Positions 1-14,767 of a stretch of DNA of 64,000 nt are shown here, piece after piece (the stretch's first letter is position 1; each line of letters opens with the position of its first letter). The stretch is from Octopus vulgaris (lineage: Eukaryota): positions 78,306,001 to 78,370,000 of the forward strand of contig OX597820.1 in assembly GCA_951406725.2 (NCBI GenBank), in the 5' to 3' direction. Made by a program: the position numbers and the translations under genes. The notes under the pieces were generated by a model. That model searched no databases, was not told where the DNA came from, and saw only the letters and a program-made list of their open reading frames with translations.

Positions 1-143
1 CCTTCATCAGGCGTCTTGGGGAAAATTTCTAATCTGGGTTCTCATTCCTAACGTATTTTTCAATGTTATTCCATACAGTGACTTGAATAATAATAATAAT
101 AATAATAATAACATTGAAAAATACCTTAGGAATGAGAACCCAG
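1..143. mobile_element. Fragment of the hammerhead-tailed SINE family (see 6601-6948) plus an inverted partial copy
   Basis: 34-70 is the reverse complement of 107-143 (1 mismatch) around an (AAT)n spacer. 1-10 reads CTGATGAAGG on the minus strand. The sequence matches 6690-6750. Confidence 0.6.
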
Positions 144-247
144 TTTCAAAATGGAAATGATGTAAATATAGGGATCAACCAGTTCCATTGCTAAAAAATA
201 AATCGATGAAAACAACTGATATAAACTAACACTGTAGATGTTGATGT

Positions 248-570
248 CGAAGGCGCGTGGCTTAGTGGTTAGGGAATTCGGCTCACAATTCTAAGGTCGT
301 GAGTTCAATTCCCGGTGACGTGTTGTATCCCTGAGCAAGACACTTTATTTCATGTTGCTCCACTCCACTCAGCTGGTAAAAATGAATTGTACCTGCATTC
401 CAAAGAGGCCAGCCTTGTCACACTCTCTGTCACGCTGAATCTGCTTGAGAACTACGTTAAGGGTACACGTGTCTGTGGATTGCTCAGCTACTTGCACATT
501 AATTTCACAAGCAAGCTTTTCCGTTGATCGTATCAGCTGGGACACTCGTCGTAACCGACGGAGTGCTCCG
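248..570 (+). mobile_element. tRNA-derived SINE, family A
   Basis: A-box-like GGCTTAGTGGTTAG and B-box GAGTTCAATTCC. Central TGAGCAAGACACTTTATTTCA..TTGCTCC is shared with 41305, 58457 and 61462. The 3' half recurs at 31497-31680. Confidence 0.8.
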
Positions 571-1129
571 TTTTTTTAGCTATTGAAAGTAAATAAATTA
601 TGCAGTTTATTCCCAGTAAAATGAATAGAAAGAAAATATTTCAGATTGCATGAAACCTTACGACTTCGTTGCTTTTCCTGCAAGTTGTTTTTTTGCATCT
701 ATTTAGTTTATTTAAAAACCCATACATTTGCAATGACTTTCATACACGCGTATAGAAAATGTAGACGCGTACACATGCACACATACAGGGTTGCACATAA
801 GTACACACACACATGTGTGTGTTTGAGTGTGTATGTGGGGGATGTGGGGGTTTAGCGTGTGTATATTCTGGATGCTAAAAGCTTCTCGTTATACTACAAA
901 CGTGTATAAAAGACACTAATATATTATCACACTTAAATATTCAGTCCCGCTTTCTCTCTCTCCTCTCGCTCTCGCTCTCTCACCCACACGCACCTTCTCG
1001 CTCTCTCTATCTCTATCCATCTCTTTTCATAAATACATATCGCTCCCCTCTCTCACATTCCTTGGCATTCTCTTTCTTTAATCTCACTACTTTCCTCTAT
1101 TACCTCCCTTGTACCTACCCCCTCTCTCT

Positions 1130-1823
<694 letters not shown>

Positions 1824-2004
1824 GTATTTGGCTAGATGAGATTCAAGACCAAAATAGAAATAATTCACAACCACTAAAATGCGACGAAGGGTGAAGGGAT
1901 TACAAGCATTGCTAGAAATAGCAGTCAAAGAACACTTTGGCCACAAAAGCAATGTGCTTACTTCTAGCACTCTGCACACTTTATCAACGCATTTAGTACA
2001 TTAT

Positions 2005-2232
2005 TCTTTTATTCATTTATTTGTTTTAGTCATCTGACTGCGGCAATGGTGGAGCACCGCCTTTAGTCGAGCAAATTGACCCCAGAACTTATTCTCTCTT
2101 AACCTAGTACTTATTCTATCGGTCTGTTTTGCCAAATCGGTAAGTTACGGGGACGTAAAAACACCATCATCGGTTGTCAAGCGATGTTGGGTGTAAAAAC
2201 ACAGACACACAAACACACACACACACATGCCT

Positions 2233-2296
<64 letters not shown>

Positions 2297-2468
2297 AGGC
2301 GCAGGAGTGGCGGTGTGGTAAGTAGCTTGCTAACCAACCCCATGGTTTCGGGTTTAGTCCCACTGCGTGGCATCTTGGGCAAGTGTCTTCTGCTATAGCC
2401 CCGGGCCGACCAATGCATTGTGACTGGATTTGGTAGACGGACACTGAAAGAAGCCTGTCGTATATATG

Positions 2469-2499
<31 letters not shown>

Positions 2500-2712
2500 A
2501 TGTGTGTGTGTCTGTGTTTGTCCCCCTAGGATTGCTTGACAACCGATGCTGGTGTGTTTGCGTCCCTGTCACTTGGCAGTTCGGCAAAAGCGACCGATAG
2601 AATAGGTACTGGGCTTACAAAGAATAAGTCCCGGGGTCGATTTGCTCGACTAGAGGCGGTGCTCCAGCATGGCCGCAGTCAAATGACTGAAACAAGTGGA
2701 AGAATACTGGAA

Positions 2713-2754
<42 letters not shown>

Positions 2755-2915
2755 GTCGGTCTTCTTTCCGTTTCCGTCTACCAAATCCACTCACAAGGCT
2801 TTGGTCAGCCAGAGGCTATAGTAGAAGACACCTGCCCTATGTTCCCCGCAGTGGGACTGAACCCAGAACCATATGGTTGGTAAGCAAGCTACTTACCACG
2901 CACCCACTTCTGCGC
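2005..2915 (-). mobile_element. tRNA-derived SINE family B (internal microsatellite), split in two: 3' half 2005-2230, 5' half 2753-2915
   Basis: Both halves are reverse complements of the corresponding halves of the copies at 2298-2712 and 18807-19228. Confidence 0.8.
2298..2712 (+). mobile_element. tRNA-derived SINE family B, full copy
   Basis: Head GGCGCAGGAGTGGCGGTGTGGTAAGTAGCTTGC, CORE-like TCTTGGGCAAGTGTCTT, internal (TA)/(TG) tract, tail CAGCATGGCCGCAGTCAAATGACTGAAACAAGT. Confidence 0.88.
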
Positions 2916-3734
2916 ATATAGAATCTATACCTAATATGATCACAAACAGAATCATGTTTAGGAGTGTGTGTTAAAGCATATATACATCTGTGTAAGATTA
3001 CGCGTGTATATGTGTGCGCTTGCGCGTGCGTGCGTGTGTGCGTGCCCACATCTGTGTGTGTGAGTGGAGGGCAGGGTGAGTTTCAGTGCTATATCCGAAG
3101 TTCCCTGGAACTTTCAAAGCTGTCAATTTACGCTGGTTTCCCGGGTTTATAGAAACAGCAACCAGTACACAATTCTGTATTAATTATGCCCAGTGCAGGA
3201 TTGCTATCACGCGCATCAAACCTCTTCTACGAGCAGAAACGAAATGTGTATAAACATAGCCATCATTATTGTTTCACCAATTTATTTATTTAGTTCGTTT
3301 ATGTTCGTAGAATCATTGTCGGTGCATTACGGTGGATTCACTTCTTACAACAGATAATTGACGTTCCTCCAGTGCTCTTTCCTTATACATTCTAATACTT
3401 TTAATTTGTACACACATACAGGAAAATATATATATATATACATCTATATAATCATTACAGATGTAGGGTAAAGAATTATTAAATTTAATAATTAATAAAT
3501 ATTACCAAGTAGTTTCGGTATGGAAAAAGAACCATTATCGGTAGAAACTTTTACAAAAAAAAATGTTATATGTAATTATAAATATAATTAAGGGTTTAGC
3601 AACGTGTTTCTTCACCACATACCGAAAATTTAGAAGTAGCAGCCAAAGACAGCTAATTCTTTTCACTACAGACATGACAGCACAGATAACAATATTTGTA
3701 GCTCACATAGGCGAGTTACAAATATTACTATATA

Positions 3735-3811
<77 letters not shown>

Positions 3812-3812
3812 A

Positions 3813-5390
<1,578 letters not shown>

Positions 5391-6035
5391 AATTAGAGGT
5401 TGTGTTAACCTCATGAAGGGATGATTTCATCCAATGAAATACTGTTTCAATACTTAGTATTTTGAGGGAATGAATTTCCTTAAAATAACATTTATACATA
5501 TAAAAATATATAGTTTCTATTCATTTAAAAGAAGAGAATGGAGACTGGGCAGTTAATAAATGCTTATTATAAACAGTAAATTGGTCATCTTTCTATTGAT
5601 ACTCAATAAATATTAAGTTTACATTTATGCGATATGAGCATAATATCAGCAGAGGAATAAAAAGATGTACCATTGGATGCTGTATGTGTATGTTTGTGAA
5701 TTCATTTTAGTAGACTCCAAATTCCCCATAGGAGGGGATTGTCACAACAAGTCACACACCAGGCATTCCAAACAGGTGAGCCCCGTCCTATGCCCGGGTC
5801 AAAGCATAGAAAGTAATCCCCGATATCAGCAGCGATGCCCGACAGCTTATGCTGGTTTGCTCCAGCCGTCTCATTCTGGTTCCGTTCCCCTTTGACCAAC
5901 GCTGAATTCATTCATCCGTCTCCACAAACACTCTTCAAGTTTTCCTATCTTTAATAAACTCTCTTGCCATTCTCTCTCCAACACCTCTAACCACCAAATC
6001 TTTCCTCACTCCATCTATGTATGTCTATGTATGTG

Positions 6036-6069
<34 letters not shown>

Positions 6070-6088
6070 CATTATATAAATGTATATA

Positions 6089-6144
<56 letters not shown>

Positions 6145-6600
6145 TATATGAGCAGAGCAAATTAAAACAATGCTCCTCGCATGGAACCTGACAGGAGCGT
6201 TGCCAAACACTTATTGCACAGGCCCTAAAAAGCATTGGTTTTCATCGAACCTTGGCTCAAATCGCGAGCATAACGAATGACCTCATTCGCTCATATACCA
6301 TAATACATCCGCACATGAAATTATTACAGAAAACATTTAAAGAGGGGGTGGAGGGACAAAAGGATGGACAAGAAAAAAAAAATAATGACTCCATAGAATC
6401 CGAGAGGGGGGGGTCAGGGTAAAGCTGAAAGAGAGAGCAGTAAAACAAATACGAGTGTGAGTCCAAGGACAATGCCAAAGAATGAAATGCAAAATGGGAA
6501 TTTCCAAAGAAATATCCATAGAAATCCATTTTAAACATCGAATCGTTATGCGGGGATCCACCAGAAAAAAATAGTAATCAAACAGATCTATATTTAATAG

Positions 6601-6948
6601 ATGAGGAATTATGTACATTGTTTACATTTGACGGATATTTGTTCTCATCTTTGTTGTTGACAGAACGTTTCGGCTGATATACCCTCCAGCCTTCATCTTG
6701 AGGAAATTTCGAACCTGGGTTCTCAATCCTAAGGTATTTTTCGATGTTGTTGTTGTTGTTATTATTATTATTATTATCATTATTATTTTTATTATTATTA
6801 TTATCATTGTTGTTGTTGTTGTTGTTATTCAGGTCGCTGCCTGGAATCGAAGTTGGGATCTTGGGGTTAGTGACCCGCGCTCTTAACCACTACGAAACGT
6901 TCTGTTAACAACAGGGCAAATATCCGTTGAATGTAAATAATGTAAATA
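6601..6948 (-). mobile_element. tRNA-headed SINE with internal (AAT/AAC)n and a hammerhead-like tail (6601-6892), plus an inverted tail copy (6893-6948)
   Basis: Minus strand: GTAGTGGTTAAGAGCG (A box), CTTCGATTCC (B box), then ..GATGAAGGCTG..CAGCCGAAACGTT. 6893-6948 is the reverse complement of about 6612-6672. Confidence 0.65.
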
Positions 6949-7365
6949 GTGATCATTAAAGTATCACTGTGAGAAATAAAAACCTACTATATAGTGAAAT
7001 ACGAATGTGCTTTCGCGTGTTTTCTGTTTAAACAATAAGTTTAAACAATATTTCAGTCGATTATTTAGACACCCTTCGAAAAAATTTGATTGAGGGTTAA
7101 AGGTGGAAATAGAGAGTGGGAGACGAGATGCCTACAGTAAAGGAAAGTCGTATAGAATGGGTTTCGAGCAAAGATCATGTTGAAAGAAATAATAAGAGAA
7201 ATATTTTTAATAAAAAATATTAAACAGTTCAAGGTCTTAATATTGTTTTCGTTTCAGCCATTTTGGGGTTTACACACACACACACATATACATATATATA
7301 CATGTGTTTATATGTGTATGTGCATGTGTATGTATATGTACATTTACGCACACATATATGTGTAT

Positions 7366-7420
<55 letters not shown>

Positions 7421-8131
7421 TATATATATGTGTGTGTGGGGGTGAGTGTGTGGGGGATGTACATATATATATGAAGAGAAAGAAAGATGTTGATATATAA
7501 ACAGATAGACAAATAAGTAGACAGATAGAAAGAGGGAGAAGGATAAAACTCACTTATATATCATTGTATGAAAGATATATAAAAGAATGATATTATTTGC
7601 AACCCAAGTTAATAAAATATATTCAGAAAATACACACGATGATAAAAAATAAGAATACAGATGAATATAATTCATAAGCGAATCTAGTGTTTCAAAGTAT
7701 ATTTAGCATTTTTTCTTTCGTAGAAAGAATCGGAGATTGTTAATTTAAAACCTTTGATCTGTTGTCTTGTTGATTCACAAAAAAAATCTAAAGCAAAGAA
7801 ATTTTCTCTTGCATACACAAAAGGCGCTTGGAAGGCAATATTTCCTGTTTAAAAAGACCTCCAAATCTTCATGCATGTCTTTCATATCTGTTCAACCGTG
7901 TCTAAAGCATGAATAGCTTAAAAGACAATAGATGAACCATTTTGGCGCCAGCTTCATTGATAGTAATGTTCCCTACAATCGTTTCCAATATGGCAACTCG
8001 TACGACGCTACCTACGTGCCCGTCTCCAACACCACTATGAAACCAGCAATGCTATAGCCATCGACAGCGTTGCTACTGTGGCATTTACTATCATCACTAT
8101 TTTATCTTGTCTCTCTTAATCGAAATTATTA

Positions 8132-8177
<46 letters not shown>

Positions 8178-8352
8178 GTTTTGGTGTTTATATTAGAGAC
8201 GAAGCTGTCGATGAAGTTGATATATGCATAGATTTATGACGCCTTTGATTGCAAAGACGGAAACTAGTGCCAAAACGATGGCAACAATAATATGAGGACC
8301 AATGTACATATATACAAACGTATGTATACATATGTAAGCAGAACATATATAA

Positions 8353-8384
<32 letters not shown>

Positions 8385-8813
8385 AAGAGAGACTGTGTGT
8401 GCGTGCGCGCGTGTGTATGTGGGTGTGTGTAACTTTATACATAAATATAGATAATTACACAGAAAGATAGATGCATTTATAATTTTTAATATTTTTATGC
8501 AATTATAAATTCATATTTATACATATATATGTGCGTATATATATATGCGTGCGTGTGTGTGTGTGTGCGTGTGTGAGTGTGTGTATGCATGTGCATGTCC
8601 GTTTGTGTGTTTGTGTGTGTGTGTGCGTGTGCGTGTGTGTGTGTGTCTATGTATGTATGTCTATTGAAGAATTCAGATTTATGCTATGGAAAGATGAAAT
8701 ATTCAGATGTTGTTTTATTAACTTTGCCTTTTGTATATCGTTCATCTAATGGAAAATGAGATCCTTTCACCAACAAAAGTTATGGCCATATATAACTTGC
8801 AAGTGAGCCGAAC

Positions 8814-9059
<246 letters not shown>

Positions 9060-9593
9060 ACAGGCAGATGAAAATAGATACGCGAAATTCCATATCCTAT
9101 TCAAAACCTATTCAAATCTTCACCACTTATTCTTAAAACAATGGCAATTAAGTACATAGCAATGCTAGGTAAAACAGACACGTCCATAAAATCCTATTAC
9201 TATTCCAAGATTACAATAGTTAATTATCAATGACGCGATGCGATTCCTCTCTAAAAAGTGACTGTATAATTATCAGTTCAATTTTAAGATGCTCAACGTA
9301 AATATAAGGAAGAACCATGTTATTAAGTGACTAAGTGTTTTATTCATAGCTGCACGGATTCTTTAAAACACTTTATAGTCTAAATGCGTGCAACGTCATT
9401 TACAAACAATCGACAAAGCAGTTTGAAGTATTGATTTTTTTATATAAATAAAATTAAGCAGTAGCTGCGTGATAAGAAATATGCTTGCCAAACATATGTT
9501 CCCGGGTTCTGCCTACTGCGTGACAACATGAGCAGGTGTCTACAACTGTGACCTCGAACCGACCAAAAGATTGCGGGTTGAAGAAGCCCTTGG

Positions 9594-9621
<28 letters not shown>

Positions 9622-9627
<6 letters not shown>

Positions 9628-10762
9628 TGTGTTCAACAAAATATTGGAAACACCGGTTTCTTTTCAGGTATCATCAGAAAAAAGGTAATTAAAATTCATT
9701 AAAATGACAGATCTATCGGACTTCCAAACAGGTCAAATTGTTGGTGTTCGTATGGTAGGCGCTAGCGTAAAGAAAACACCCGAAATGGTTGGTGTATCAA
9801 CAAGTACAATCTCGAACGTAATGATAGACTTTGAGAAAGAGGGAAAAACCTCCTTGTCGGAACAAAACTCCGGAAGAAAACCAAAACTTTCAGGTAGGGA
9901 CCTCGGATTCCTACGCGAATTGTTAGAGGGGATCACAAAAGTACAGCTCCCAAAATTACTGCAGAGCTTAATGCCCACCTAGGGAACCCTGTTTCCACAA
10001 AAGCTGTTCGCCGAAAGCTGCACAAATCCGGATTTCACGGGAGAGATTCAATCAGAAAACCGCTACTTTCAAAAACAAACGTTGCAAACAGTTTAGAGTG
10101 GAGTAAAAACCTACACAATTGATCCCTAGAGCGGTTTAGAAATGTTTTTTTCTCGGAAGAGTCATCCTTTACCTTATTTCCGACCACCAGCCAAGTATAC
10201 ATGTTGAAACAGCCAAAAGAAGCAAATGATCCAGACTGACTTCTTCAAACTGTTAAACATGGAGGAAGATCTGTGATGATCTGGAAGAGGGCTATATATT
10301 AGAAATCCGCCGGCCCAATGGTTTTCTTCCATGAAAGAATTAATAGTCAAGATTATTTAAGCATTTTATCTGATCAACTTCATCCTACTGTTTGCGGAAC
10401 TGTTTCCGGAGGGAAACACATCTTTCAGGATGATAATGCCCCAATTCACAAAGCTAAATTTGATACTTAATGGCATGAGCAACAATCTACTGAAGTTGAA
10501 CATCCTATCTGAACACCACAGTCCCGAGATTTCAACATTTATGGTGCATTTTAGAAAAACAAGTAAGAAGTTGATATCCTCCACAATCATCACTACAAGA
10601 ACTGGAGACTGTTTTAACTGAAGAATGAACAAAAATACCATTGGAAACAATTCAAACTATGTACGAGTCCATACCTCATAGAATTCAAGCTGCAATTACT
10701 GCCAAAGACGGTCCTACCAAATATTAAAATTAATTTGTTTGAAATTTTAAGGTGTTTCCATT
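9622..10762 (+). mobile_element. Tc1-family DNA transposon, degenerate (transposase pseudogene about 9704-10727)
   Basis: MTDLSDFQTGQIVG..SGRKPKLS N-terminus. FSEES, GGRSVMIW, FQDDNAPIHKA and GPTKY* motifs across frameshifts. Partial TIR TGGAAACACC (9645-9654) / GGTGTTTCCA (10751-10760). Confidence 0.9.
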
Positions 10763-10955
10763 CGCCATGATTGACCGCTAGCTACTAAAGCTTTCTTTTT
10801 TTATTCTCTCTGTTTATTTTCTCGTGTTCCTTTCAGTTGAGGAGCGTAGACTAGAAACGTAAAATACTTTCTCACCTTCCCCTGCGTTAAACTAACACAC
10901 CTGTTTGTTATTTACACACCTGTCTTCGTCTTTTGTAGTTTGTAAATTCTAACTA
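10763..10955 (+). mobile_element. Short dispersed repeat ending in (TA)n; truncates the Tc1 right TIR
   Basis: Reverse complement of 19245-19390, with a degenerate hammerhead-like motif at about 10830-10865. Confidence 0.6.
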
Positions 10956-11241
10956 TATATATATAGGCAACAAGTGAAACATTTTTTTTTGCCCATGACA
11001 CTACATGGACCCTAAGTAAGGCATGTGTGAAATTTGAATGCAATTGGTTGTGTAGTTCTGAAGTTTTAGGGATTTAAATAAAAAAAAGAAAATTTTTATT
11101 CAAAATATTGAAGCTAAGGATAAAATTTCAAATAAAATATTTAGATTTAGAAATAGGAGGGTAGTGTAGTTCGCTTGAAGCATTCTGTATTGTTTGTAAT
11201 CAATAAAGTTTTGAATGGTATAACAATGCACTATAATATAG

Positions 11242-12193
11242 ACAATGGGCTATATACCTGTAGCAATTTTGTCATCCATAGTCTGATATGATATTTCGGA
11301 ATAATATTCCTTCTTCAGGTCGCTTCCAAGGTATATTGAAAACCAACGGGTATTCTGGATCCATCGCAATTCAGATTAAGTACCCAAGACGACCAAAGAA
11401 GAGAAGGGCTAGACATACAACTAGCCCCTCCGGCCCCTCTCTGAGAGGACACCTCACAAAGAAACGAACAAGGGACAACATTCAATGTACACTAACAAAC
11501 TGTCCCGTCCGCGACACATATTTGTGTCAACGGGTTAATGTTGTGTATAGAATACAATGTAACAAATGCAAGAAGTTCTATGTGGGTAGCACAACAAGAC
11601 CGTTATACGTCCGCATCAAAGAACATCTGAACACGAGAGCCTCCTCCTTCAGAAAATATCTAGACAGATTCCGAAATACGACAAAAACATAACAGTCACA
11701 ATTGAGGCCAATAGAAGAAATTTGGGTAATTTAAGAATTAAGGAAGCTATACTCATACACACTCTAGGACCCCAAATTAACAACAGGCTAGAGGTTGGTA
11801 ATCAGTATATTATTTAGATACGTCTGGATGTGTGTAGGTTCATTTTTGATAATATTCTGATCTGTAGCTTATAACAAAAAAAACAATAGAAGAGAAGAGA
11901 AAAAAGGAAACTGCACGTATAATACGTAACTTAGGAGCAGCGCTACGGATGTACCAGCACACACGAGATTGAGACATGCTCGACCTCACACACTTCTCAT
12001 GAGGAATTCCGGAAGGAGCATCGTGAGGCCACTGCTGAGACGCTTCCAAAAAAATAAGAAGAAAAAGGAAAAGCCGTTGGAAAACCGATTATAGCAGCGA
12101 TTCCATCTAAGAATATCTGAAGAAGGAATATTATTCTGAAATATCATATCAGACTAAGGATGACTAAATTACAACAGGTATAGAGTCCATTGT
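11242..12193 (+). mobile_element. Penelope-like element, 5'-truncated: inverted terminal fragment, GIY-YIG endonuclease remnant, 3' terminal repeat
   Basis: CPV..C..NVVYRIQCNKCKKFYVGSTTRPLYVRIKEH, then after a frameshift LRIKEAILIHTLGPQINNR (stop 11815-11817). 11242-11318 is the inverted copy of 12117-12193, which carries CTGAAGA..GAAA. Confidence 0.88.
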
Positions 12194-12801
12194 TTAAATC
12201 TTTTTAGATTTAGAAAATATTAGCTTTTATTAAAACTAAATCTTTTATTATAAGTTAATACTTCTATTAGTTATTGCTTGTTATTTCTATTAAAAATTTT
12301 AAATAACTCAATTAAAATATTTTTTGTATGTTAAAAGATTCATTTTTTAATTAGTAATTAATAATTTAAAAATTGAAAATAGGTTACAAAAATAATTGTA
12401 GTACATAATTAGTTACTACAATAAATAGGATAATACAAAATTTAGTCATATATTACAGTAAAATCTACTTATAACAAGAAATTCACAGTAAAAGTTGCTT
12501 GAGTTATTGCCAACGCTTTACATTTTAGTATTGACCCAATGCCTATTAATTTATATAATGGATTTGCCTACCATATATACTGTTCTACTTTGCATAAAAT
12601 TTTAGCTATATTGGTATTTCTGGCTGTCATTTTTTTTAGTATTCTAGTGTGTCAGTATTTTAACAAAATGATGGCAACTTTTTTAATTATAATATTACTT
12701 TGTAAATTAAAATCAAATAATTTTTAATATTTAAATTTTATCCATAGCTGCAATATTTTAGGAGGGTACGTTGCAATATTTTAAGTAAAAATTTCCTTGT
12801 T

Positions 12802-12875
12802 CTGTACTTTACCAGATGTAATAACTTGTCCCGAACTTTTCCAAGTGTAATGACTTGTCCTGTACTTTTCTAAGT
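12802..12875. repeat. Minisatellite of about 29 bp, ~2.5 copies
   Basis: GTACTTTTCCAAGTGTAATGACTTGTCCT-like units. Confidence 0.65.
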
Positions 12876-13632
12876 TTATAGTCTTAAGAATGTTATGTTT
12901 CATGCTCGCATTTTTCTAAGTAATCTATGTTTTTTTTTCCAAGCTATGTTATTATTTTAATTAATAATGTGTGAAATGTGTCAATTAGCGGTGTCATTGA
13001 TAATTTTTTTTTTTACCTCGATGAAGCCGGTGAAATATTAAAAGTCGCCTTATAGAACAATATCCTTAAAAAAGGATAGAACTATATATCACTCACAGCT
13101 TTTTTCCTTTAAAACTTCATTGCATGAGAGTGATACTATGAAATTCCTCGTACTGAACCTTATCATTTCAGCTTAATTAAAAGATAGTTTCTTTTTTAAA
13201 AAAATAGAGTTAATTGTACTTAAATTCAATTTTTTGCCTTAATTTTATTTTTTTCATGATATTTTACCTCACAGTCTGTTTGATACGAATTTTTGTTGCA
13301 TGGATCAAAACTATGAAATTCTTCATGCCTTCTTCTATCATTGAAGCTAAGATAAATATATTTTGCTTATAAAATAGAAAAGCTGTTTGGATCTAAACTT
13401 GATTGGAGGCGTTACCTACTTTCCTACAACGTTGCTAAAATTTTGATGTAAAACTTTGTTTCTACTGGACCAAATCTCAATTTGGTTATGCTAAAATGTA
13501 GCTAGGCACCAGTCCTCCTCAAAAGTAGTAATACTTTTCAATTTGGTTAAGAATCGAATTAACGAGAAGTTCTGAAAGATGCTGCGTGTCAGTAAATTGC
13601 GGCCTTAAGAATATCATTCAACTACTACTGTA

Positions 13633-13833
13633 CTTACTTATACTTTTACTTGGGGCGACATTCACCCTGGGCGGGTTGAGTCGGATTCTTCTACCACCCT
13701 CGCGGCATCTCGAACCATGGCAGCCCATGCACGACGGTCCTGCGCCAGTTCATTGGAGATAGCGAGTTAGTCACGGTTCCATCGGCGCAGGCCGACCACC
13801 TGAGGTCCCGTAGGCACGAAGAGGACCTCCTTG
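13633..13833 (-). mobile_element. RTE-clade LINE 3' fragment with a 13-bp target-site duplication
   Basis: Homologous to 35428-35630 (ELAQDRRAWAAM). TSD AACTACTACTGTA at 13620-13632 and 13834-13846. Confidence 0.85.
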
Positions 13834-14729
13834 AACTACTACTGTAGTTGAATGATAACTCTATGGTTCACTGCACTGCTAACTAGATCTCTTTCATATT
13901 TGTTTAACACGACAAAAATCTCCGAGAGACATGTTCAATGTAGGAATAAAATATATATACTCAGCAGAAGTTCAGCTTCATCCAAATATAGTTGAAATAT
14001 TTTCGATACATATTTTGCATACGTCTTTATTGCTAACATTAATATGAAGTATCGGTTAGGTTACAGATTAATAAATTTGTTGGCCGAAATTTCATCGTAA
14101 CATTGACAACACTGATAGTAAGAGAGACTGGAAGTTTATGACACAAAAAAAGTTAAAGCAATTTATATTTCAAAATTATCACGGAATATTAATACCTGTG
14201 TTATTGAATATTCGAATGTTTCAATAAATAGCTTTTAATGATTTCTGTTTAAATTTTAGTTTGTTGTTATTTTTGGATTTTAAATAACTCCAGGATATTA
14301 AAGTTTTGGATATTTAAACTATTATTCCATTATTAACGCTTTCTGAATATTTGATCTGAAAATATCCACTTCAAACAATATATGGCGTCTGTAGTATCAA
14401 TCTAATAGCTATGCTTATTCTTTCAGGTGCTTACTAATGTATTCATAATTAGCTGCTTTCAGGTCTCATCAGCATAAATATAATCAATGCTGGACATTAT
14501 TTCATACAAGAGAGTGAGTAGCGCAATATTTTATAAGTGTTGTCTCAAATTAATAGTTTGACAGTCGTAACAGCTGCGTGTAATATTCAGATAAGAGATA
14601 AACTTGTTTTTCTACAACAGCTACAACTAATTGTTTGGAAGAAAACATCTTAAATTTACTCATTCCTAATTTGAATTTTTCTTCCATCTATCCATCCATC
14701 CATACACACATACATACATATATGCATAC

Positions 14730-14731
<2 letters not shown>

Positions 14732-14767
<36 letters not shown>

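Noticed and set aside
248-320. tRNA genes at SINE heads (also 6840-6893, 21460, 61720-61791)
   Set aside because: A and B boxes are present, but there is no complete cloverleaf and each continues into a SINE body.
11090-12795. Fold-back element with terminal inverted repeats (about 11102-11134 versus 12727-12760) hosting the Penelope relic
   Set aside because: The ~33-bp imperfect match is real but very AT-rich, and ends and TSD could not be defined.
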